NCBI GenBank assembly: GCA_023228145.1
Contig: JALOBU010000001.1
Span: forward strand, 9,463 to 73,462
DNA: 64,000 nt
From: Bacteroidales bacterium
GTDB taxonomy: Bacteria > Bacteroidota > Bacteroidia > Bacteroidales > CAIWKO01
Direction: 5' to 3'
A program made the translations under genes and the position numbers. This document shows positions 54,521-61,185 of this stretch, one piece after another (position 1 is the first letter of the stretch; every line of letters starts with the position of its first letter). The notes under the pieces are model-generated. The model made no database searches, was not told the origin of the DNA, and saw only the letters and a list, made by a program, of their open reading frames with translations.

Positions 54521-56218
54521 ATGAAAAAAAATGTATTGACGATACTATCCGTAGTGTCGCTTGTAATTTGTTTATGGTTTTTTACAGGCTGTGATAACGC
54601 ACAAAAAAAATCAGAGATGGAATTTACAGAGTTTGTTAAAAGTTTAGAAGCAAAATACGTTCCTTTATATAAGGAAGTTTGTATGGCCTCTTGGAGTGCT
54701 GAAACTACAGGCGATGAGGAAGCATATAAAAAGTCAGCGGAACTGGAATTTAAAATGTCACAAATTTTTGCAGACAAAAATGATTTCGAAAAAGTAAAAA
54801 AATTCAAAGAATCCGGAACGATAAAAGACGACTTGCTCAAACGCCAGTTAGATGTCATATACAATGCATTCCTGAGCGAACAGATTGATACGGCTAAGAC
54901 CAAAGCCATGATTGATATGCAGTCGAAAATTTCGCAAAAATTCAATACGTTCCGTCCGGTGGTGGGCGGCGACACCCTGTCCGACAACCAGGTGGATTCG
55001 ATATTGCGTACTTCAACCGACAGCAAACTGCTTATGAAAACATGGATGGCTTCAAAAAAATCAGGAGCCAATGTGGCTGAGGATGTAAAAAAACTCGTAG
55101 CTATGAGAAACGAAGCTGCCAAAGAACTGGGCTTTAATAACTATCATGAAATGAGCTTAAAATTAAGCGAACAAGACCCCGCAGAGATAGAAAAGCTTTT
55201 CGACGAACTCGACAGCCTAACGCGCGATGCTTTTGCGCTGCTGAAAAACGACATTGACAGTTTCTTCGCCGACAGGTATAAAGTGAAAAAGGAAGAACTT
55301 ATGCCCTGGCATTATCAGAATCGTTTTTTTCAGGAAGCCCCGAATATTTACCCTGTTGAACTGGATGTGTATTACAAGGGAAAGGATATTATCGAGGTCA
55401 CTAAAAATTATTACAAAAGCATAGGTATGGACATTGATGATATGCTGGCAAAAAGTGATATGTTTGAGAGAAAAGGGAAAAACCAGCACGCTTTCTGTAT
55501 GGATGTTGATAAGGAAGGTGATGTACGCGTACTGTGCAATACCGTTCATAATTCCTACTGGATGAACACCCTGCTGCATGAATTCGGCCATGCCGTATAT
55601 TCAAAATATACCGACAGGGCGCTTCCATTCTTCCTGCGCGACGCCGCTCACACTTTCACAACGGAAGCTGTCGCCATGTTTTTCGGCAGGCTTTCAACCA
55701 ACCCGCAGTGGATGGTAGAAAACCTGGGGATATCACAAACAGAAGCTCAGAAAATTGCCGAAGATTGCTATAAAACCCTTCGCCTCGAGCAGCTTACATT
55801 CAGCCGCTGGGCACAGGTGATGTATCGTTTTGAAAAAACTATGTATGAAAATCCTGAACAAGACCTTAATGCCACATGGTGGAACCTGGTGGAAAAATAC
55901 CAGCTTCTGAAACGCCCCGAAGGTCGTAATGAACCCGACTGGGCTTCAAAAATACATGTGGCGCTTTATCCCTGCTATTATCACAACTATCTGATGGGTG
56001 AACTACTGGCCTCACAATTCTCCTATTATATTGCTCAAAATTATTACAAGGCGGAAGATTTAAAAAATATCAGTTTCAGCAAGAATAATGAAGTTGGCAA
56101 GTTTATGATTGATAAAGTTTTTACACCGGGCATGAGGTACGAATGGAATATCATGATTGAAAGAGCCACAGGAGAGAAACTGACAGCAAAATATTATGCC
56201 AGACAGTTTGTGAACTAA
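54521..56218 (+). CDS. M2-family (ACE-like peptidyl-dipeptidase) zinc metallopeptidase, lipoprotein
   Basis: FFTGC lipobox. HEFGHAVYSKYTDRALPFFLRDAAHTFTTEA aligns with the ACE HEMGH...x24...E zinc site. Confidence 0.75.
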   Translation: MKKNVLTILSVVSLVICLWFFTGCDNAQKKSEMEFTEFVKSLEAKYVPLYKEVCMASWSAETTGDEEAYKKSAELEFKMSQIFADKNDFEKVKKFKESGTIKDDLLKRQLDVIYNAFLSEQIDTAKTKAMIDMQSKISQKFNTFRPVVGGDTLSDNQVDSILRTSTDSKLLMKTWMASKKSGANVAEDVKKLVAMRNEAAKELGFNNYHEMSLKLSEQDPAEIEKLFDELDSLTRDAFALLKNDIDSFFADRYKVKKEELMPWHYQNRFFQEAPNIYPVELDVYYKGKDIIEVTKNYYKSIGMDIDDMLAKSDMFERKGKNQHAFCMDVDKEGDVRVLCNTVHNSYWMNTLLHEFGHAVYSKYTDRALPFFLRDAAHTFTTEAVAMFFGRLSTNPQWMVENLGISQTEAQKIAEDCYKTLRLEQLTFSRWAQVMYRFEKTMYENPEQDLNATWWNLVEKYQLLKRPEGRNEPDWASKIHVALYPCYYHNYLMGELLASQFSYYIAQNYYKAEDLKNISFSKNNEVGKFMIDKVFTPGMRYEWNIMIERATGEKLTAKYYARQFVN

Positions 56219-56235
56219 ATCAATGTAAGTTTTTA

Positions 56236-56269
56236 AAAAGGGCGGTAATTAAATTTACTGCCCTTTTTT
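56236..56269 (+). terminator. rho-independent terminator after the M2 peptidase gene
   Basis: AAAAGGGCGGTAA (56236-56248) pairs with TTACTGCCCTTTT (56255-56267) with one G.U wobble and a 6-nt loop. The T-run extends to 56269. Confidence 0.8.
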
Positions 56270-56323
56270 GTATACTGTATTTTAAAAAAAACTACTTTTA
56301 AAAAATTTTTTTATTTATATTTT

Positions 56324-56677
56324 ATGGAAATTACAGGTAAGATAATTCAGATTTTCCCGGCACAAAAGGGCACTTCCGCAAAGGGCGAATGGAAAAAGCA
56401 GGAGTTTATTCTTGAAACCCAGACTTCGTTTCCTAAAAAAATATGTTTTGCCAGCTGGAACGATAAAGTAGACCTGAGCAGGGATTATAAAGATGATCTG
56501 GTAAAAGTGTTTTTTGATATTGAAAGCCGTGAATATAATGGGAAATGGTACACAGATGTCAGGCCCTGGAAATTGGAAACTGCCGGCCAAAACGAGCAAA
56601 CAATGAAAGATAGCAAGCCATTTGAAAACACTGACCAGCCTTCTGAAAATGAAGTTGATGACGGATTGCCGTTCTAA
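56324..56677 (+). CDS. DUF3127-like small OB-fold-type protein
   Basis: MEITGKIIQIFPAQKGTSAKGEWKKQEFILET... with an acidic C-terminal tail ending DDGLPF. This matches my memory of the DUF3127 family. Confidence 0.55.
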   Translation: MEITGKIIQIFPAQKGTSAKGEWKKQEFILETQTSFPKKICFASWNDKVDLSRDYKDDLVKVFFDIESREYNGKWYTDVRPWKLETAGQNEQTMKDSKPFENTDQPSENEVDDGLPF

Positions 56678-56690
56678 AAACTGTGTTGTT

Positions 56691-57041
56691 TCAGAATATC
56701 TTTTCTCCTGAAAGAATCATGGCTGTGAAGACAAAGCCATATATGGATAATATCGCCGCCTGAACAATTCCAACAATTCCAAGGATAAATGCAACAAGTG
56801 TTTTTGCAAAAGAACCTCCGTGGTATTTTTGTTTGTTGCTTCTGAAAAGGTCCATCCCCCTGCGGCCTTTTGAAAGTCCGATAATAGATAATACAAGCCC
56901 GACTATACATGCTGCAATTCCTATAATCGGTATCATAAAGAATAAGCTGAGTGCATTGCCCCATATGCTATAGGTCAGAGCCGAAGAAGCTTCAGGGAGC
57001 AATTCTTTTTCAGCCGAAGATGAAGTAGCAATTTCTTCCAT
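56691..57041 (-). CDS. small membrane protein, paralog 1 of 3 (DUF4190-like TM hairpin pair)
   Basis: Two hydrophobic hairpins separated by the basic loop LSKGRRGMDLFRSNKQKYHGG. Confidence 0.6.
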   Translation of the reverse strand: MEEIATSSSAEKELLPEASSALTYSIWGNALSLFFMIPIIGIAACIVGLVLSIIGLSKGRRGMDLFRSNKQKYHGGSFAKTLVAFILGIVGIVQAAILSIYGFVFTAMILSGEKIF

Positions 57042-57042
57042 A

Positions 57043-57354
57043 TTAAACTAAAATTTTAAAATAAAACGTGAATAAAAATGCCAGGACAAAGCAAATAACA
57101 GAAATAATTAAGCCGGTAATACCTGAATAGAAACCGGCATTTGCATTCTGAAAGTAAATTTTTTTAGAATTTTCCTGATTTTGGATGAAGAGTTTTTTTG
57201 ATTTTTTGCCAAGGATAATAGCTGTTAAAGCTAAAATTATCGCCAGCAGGCAAATAAAAATCCCAAACACAGGCACCCAGAAAAACCAGCAAATACATAG
57301 GGACAACGTCCCTACTATAAGTGCTGCCAGGGCTCTGTATTTGGGATGTTGCAT
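57043..57354 (-). CDS. small membrane protein, paralog 2 of 3
   Basis: Same architecture, with loop LGKKSKKLFIQNQENSKK. The start lies 1 nt after... see coordinates: its stop codon at 57043 sits 1 nt before the paralog 1 ATG at 57041. Confidence 0.6.
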   Translation of the reverse strand: MQHPKYRALAALIVGTLSLCICWFFWVPVFGIFICLLAIILALTAIILGKKSKKLFIQNQENSKKIYFQNANAGFYSGITGLIISVICFVLAFLFTFYFKILV

Positions 57355-57416
57355 AAAAATATTTTATGCTTAAGTTCTTAAATAAAAAAGATGATTTTCT
57401 AAAAAACAATAAAGGT

Positions 57417-57779
57417 TTAGAAAAACCTATCTCCTACGGCTATTGTCACAATGATTGATATGATTATAAAAATAGCATTAAGTATGAGACCGATAAGTCC
57501 TAAAATTTTACCTGCTTTTGCAAGACCTAATGACCCCTTTTTATATTGGTCAGGAGTCTGGTTATAAAGATTTATTGCATTCTTACCTTTATTCATAGCA
57601 ATAATGCCAAAGATAAGGCACATGATACATAAAATTATGCCTACAATTGGTATCATGAAATACCAACAAAAAACCAGAGAAATAATTCCAAAAACAAGAG
57701 AAATTATAGCTCCCGGAATAGGTGGTACTCCTTGTGCTGGCGGAGTTGCCTGTGGTTGTGTGTTCATGTTTTCTTCCAT
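57417..57779 (-). CDS. small membrane protein, paralog 3 of 3
   Basis: Start taken at MEENMNTQPQ. Pro/Gln-rich N-terminus, then the same TM-loop-TM layout (MNKGKNAINLYNQTPDQYKKG). Confidence 0.55.
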   Translation of the reverse strand: MEENMNTQPQATPPAQGVPPIPGAIISLVFGIISLVFCWYFMIPIVGIILCIMCLIFGIIAMNKGKNAINLYNQTPDQYKKGSLGLAKAGKILGLIGLILNAIFIIISIIVTIAVGDRFF

Positions 57780-57920
57780 ATTTAAAATTTTTAAATTAAT
57801 ATTATAGGCAAAGAAAATATATTTTATTGCTAAAAACAAGTTTTTGTGAAATTTTAACAGCCATTCGCAATCAGAGCGGTTTATAATGCAGGTAAACGGC
57901 TGAAATGCTCAATATTGTTC

Positions 57921-58847
57921 TTAAAGCGATATTTTTTTCCCTGCCCTAAAATTCACAAGAAAAACACCGAGTAAAATAACTGCTATCCAGAGAATGTAAG
58001 TCGGATCAAAAACTTCTTCATCAGCGATGCCCCAAAAAACAGCAACCACAGGTATCAGGTACGTTACAGAAGCAGCAAAAAGCACCCCTGAATTCTTGAT
58101 GAGCTGGTTGTAAAGTATCAGCGCCAGCCCCGAGCCGAAAATGCCGAGCAGGGCAATGTAGCCTAATCCTTGCCATGCTTTAGGCGATGCTGTTAATGAA
58201 GGCACAAAATCAGTAAATAAAAACAATACCGTTACTGCGGGAATACCTATTATCAGAAAGGCAAAAGAAGTGATGGTTACGGCATCGGTATCTTCCAGGT
58301 ATCTTTTTACAATATTGATGTTGATGGCATAAAGCAATGTGGCAATAATTACATAAATGCCATAACTGAAATTGAAATCAAGAGATTTATTGCCGCTGAT
58401 GCTCATCAGGCCGATGGTGCCTGCTAAAGCGATAAAAACACCTCCAATGTTCACCCACCGGGCCTTATAGCTGAAAAACATCATGCCAACAAGCAAGGTG
58501 AAAAGCGGCGTTAAAGAATTCAACACCCCCGCAAGTGAGCTGTCGATACCTGTCTGTGCCTTGGCAAACAGAAAGGCAGGGATGCCATTGCCGATGATAC
58601 CCACCAGCGCAATATACCCCAGTTTTTTCTTATTTATTTTTTTTATAGAGCTAATTACAAAGGGAACTAAAAAAACAAAAGCAAAACTGATACGCAGTAA
58701 GGCAAGTTGTATATGTGAAAAATATCCTAGCCCCCGCTTCATAAGAATGAAAGAGCTGCCCCATATTAAAACAAGAGTGGTCAGTATCAGCCATCCAATA
58801 ATTGTTTTTTGATTATTATTTTCTATCTTTCTCCTATGTGTCCACAC
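57921..58847 (-). CDS. DMT-superfamily (EamA-like) transporter
   Basis: Ten TM helices arranged as two EamA repeats. WGSSFILMKRG near the N-terminus. Confidence 0.8.
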   Translation of the reverse strand: MWTHRRKIENNNQKTIIGWLILTTLVLIWGSSFILMKRGLGYFSHIQLALLRISFAFVFLVPFVISSIKKINKKKLGYIALVGIIGNGIPAFLFAKAQTGIDSSLAGVLNSLTPLFTLLVGMMFFSYKARWVNIGGVFIALAGTIGLMSISGNKSLDFNFSYGIYVIIATLLYAININIVKRYLEDTDAVTITSFAFLIIGIPAVTVLFLFTDFVPSLTASPKAWQGLGYIALLGIFGSGLALILYNQLIKNSGVLFAASVTYLIPVVAVFWGIADEEVFDPTYILWIAVILLGVFLVNFRAGKKISL

Positions 58848-58944
58848 AATATCTATTCCCTTGCGTTTAAAAAAACTTTTTTTACCTCACAGGGCACAAA
58901 GTTTATCCCGCCTATGTTTCCTATGTGGTTGAAAAAATGTAAAA

Positions 58945-60927
58945 TTATTTCTTTACAGGATATCCTCTTTTCTTTGCCATTTCTTCAAGGCGCTTTTGGA
59001 AGCCCGAAACTTTCACGGGTTTCTTCCTGTTTTCCTGTATGCGTGCATGAATTTTTTCCTCGTTTACAAATTTACGGAACAGGAACATTTGCGCAAAGGT
59101 GATAAGGTTGGCAAGCAGGTAGTAATAACTTAATCCCGAGGCGAAATCATTGAAAAAGCCCAGGAACATAACGGGCATGGCATACATAATAAATTTCATT
59201 CCCGGCTGCGACTGCGCTCCCATCATCTGGTTGTTCAGTTTGGTGTAAAATATGGTGGAGATGGTCATCAGCAGGCAAAACAAACTGACATGGTCGCCAT
59301 AGAACGGTATGCTGAATCCCCCCGGAAAATCCCAAATAGAATCATAGGCGGAGAGGTCTTTAGCCCACAGAAAGCTTTGCTGGCGAAGTTCTATGGAGGC
59401 AGGGAAAAAGCGGAACAGGGCAATAAGTATGGGCATTTGCAGCAGCATGGGCACACAGCCCGCCATGGGGTTGATGCCGGCTTTTTTATATAATGCCATA
59501 GTAGCCTGCTGTTTCTTCATGGCGTCTTCTTTCTTTGGGAATTTCTTTCCTATCTCTTCCACTTCGGGTTTCAGCACCCTCATGCGTGCCGACGAAATAT
59601 AAGTTTTGTATGCAATGGGCAATAGCACGATTTTAAGCAATATAGTAAGTATAAGGATGATGATGCCATAATTCATGCCGGTGGAGCTTAACAGGTCGAA
59701 CACGGGGATGACGGCAAATCTGTTTATCCATTGCATCAGAAAAAATCCCCAGCCCAACGGTATCTGCCGTTCAAAATCCAGGTCGAAAGCCCGCAGGGTT
59801 TTATATTTGTTGGGCCCGAAATACAGCGACATGGGAATGCTTTGCTGTGGCTGGTTTTCATAAGGAATGGTGATGGCTGCGGTAAGTGTTTTCAGGTAGC
59901 CGGGAAACAGGGTGTCCTGTTTCTGTTCCACTTCCAGTGTGGCTTCTTTAAAACTGGCTTCTGACACAAGAATAGATGTAAAAAACTGTTGTCTGAAAGA
60001 TATCCATTTCAGGTTGGGAAGCTTTTCTTTTTTGTCGTCTTTTGTTTCTTTCAGGTAATCCACTTTATCTTCGGCAGGTTTAAAATATACCGTGGTATTT
60101 ATCAGCTCGTTTTTGGTGCTCTTTTCCTGTTGCGTTATGTTGAGTTGCCAGTCGAAGGCAAGGTAGGTGCTGTTGATGTCTATCACATCCTGCATGCCGT
60201 TGAGGTTGATGCTGAATCCCATCATGTAGTCATCTGCCCGCAGGGTGTAAAGGAATTCTATATATTTTTCTTTGTTTTTCCTGCCTGTGGTATCCGTACT
60301 GTCGGCGCTGTTCGGGTAGAGGCGCATGGAAAATGTTACCGAATCCTTGCCGGCTATTACAATGGAATCTTTTCCTGCAAAGCGGGTATCCGTTAAAAAA
60401 GGCTCAAAAAACAATCCGCCGGTGTTAATGTCTTTATATCCCGACAAAAAAGTGAGGGTATAGTTGGAAGTATCGGTATTGAAAAATATTAATGGCCTGC
60501 CATCATGTGTCTTGTATTTTTTTAGTTCTACAGAAGAAATGCCTCCGCCCTGGGATGAAATATGTATTTTCAACAAATCGCTTTCCAAAACATAGTGCTT
60601 GTTGGCGCCTTTTGCAGAAGAAGAAAATTTTCCAAACTGTTTGCTGAGCTCATTCAGGGTGTCGGGTTTTTGTGAGGGCTGAAGCAGGGGATTGATACTC
60701 TTTTCCGCTGCTTTCACGGAATCCTGTTTTATTTTCTGCAGGCTGTCGGCAATCTTAGCTGCTGAATCTGCCTGATATTGCTCTTTCTGCGCCTTAAAAA
60801 GTGAATCCTGGTATTTTTTCCGCTTCGCCAGTTCTTCCTCCGATGGTTTTGTCAGCAGGCTGTAACCGATAAGAATACCAAAGATTATCAGCACGCCGAC
60901 AATGGTATTGATAGTGCTTTTGTTCAT
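58945..60927 (-). CDS. yidC: membrane protein insertase YidC (long Bacteroidota form)
   Basis: N-terminal TM helix. Large periplasmic domain. Conserved C-terminal core NYGIIILILTILLK...KKAGINPMAGCVPMLLQMPILIALFRFF. Confidence 0.92.
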   Translation of the reverse strand: MNKSTINTIVGVLIIFGILIGYSLLTKPSEEELAKRKKYQDSLFKAQKEQYQADSAAKIADSLQKIKQDSVKAAEKSINPLLQPSQKPDTLNELSKQFGKFSSSAKGANKHYVLESDLLKIHISSQGGGISSVELKKYKTHDGRPLIFFNTDTSNYTLTFLSGYKDINTGGLFFEPFLTDTRFAGKDSIVIAGKDSVTFSMRLYPNSADSTDTTGRKNKEKYIEFLYTLRADDYMMGFSINLNGMQDVIDINSTYLAFDWQLNITQQEKSTKNELINTTVYFKPAEDKVDYLKETKDDKKEKLPNLKWISFRQQFFTSILVSEASFKEATLEVEQKQDTLFPGYLKTLTAAITIPYENQPQQSIPMSLYFGPNKYKTLRAFDLDFERQIPLGWGFFLMQWINRFAVIPVFDLLSSTGMNYGIIILILTILLKIVLLPIAYKTYISSARMRVLKPEVEEIGKKFPKKEDAMKKQQATMALYKKAGINPMAGCVPMLLQMPILIALFRFFPASIELRQQSFLWAKDLSAYDSIWDFPGGFSIPFYGDHVSLFCLLMTISTIFYTKLNNQMMGAQSQPGMKFIMYAMPVMFLGFFNDFASGLSYYYLLANLITFAQMFLFRKFVNEEKIHARIQENRKKPVKVSGFQKRLEEMAKKRGYPVKK

Positions 60928-60950
60928 TTTTATTGAAAATTATTGAATTG

Positions 60951-60958
60951 CAAAGATA
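60951..60958 (-). promoter_or_regulatory. candidate -7 box (TATCTTTG on the minus strand)
   Basis: Plus-strand CAAAGATA, 24 nt upstream of the yidC ATG 60927. Confidence 0.4.
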
Positions 60959-61152
60959 AAGTATTTGCTCAAATCTCAATAAATTAATACAACAGGCATC
61001 TTTGCTGCCGGCGTTTCAGGGCAGGGTTTTGCATATTAAGATTAATAATAACCTTATTACGTCTTTGATTTTTAGATATTTGTCTTTACAAACCTCTTGT
61101 TAATGTTTCGTTAATACATTAATGTAACTTATAGCCTATTTTTTAAATTTAT

Positions 61153-61160
61153 TATATTTG
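61153..61160 (+). promoter_or_regulatory. candidate -7 box (TATATTTG)
   Basis: 26 nt upstream of ATG 61186. Confidence 0.4.
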
Positions 61161-61185
61161 CTAAAAATAAAATACATAAGATTTT

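Noticed and set aside
54379-55122. 247-aa minus-strand ORF spanning the FKBP2 3' end, the spacer and the M2 peptidase 5' region
   Set aside because: Its Ser/Leu-rich composition is typical of the antisense of K/E-rich coding sequence. Both sense genes are strongly supported, and nothing suggests an independent gene.
61099-61124. Three TTAATG/TTAATA copies including the palindrome CATTAATG upstream of the C25 gene, as a possible operator
   Set aside because: The repeats are very AT-rich and short with irregular spacing (11 and 8 nt), so they are not distinguishable from background composition.
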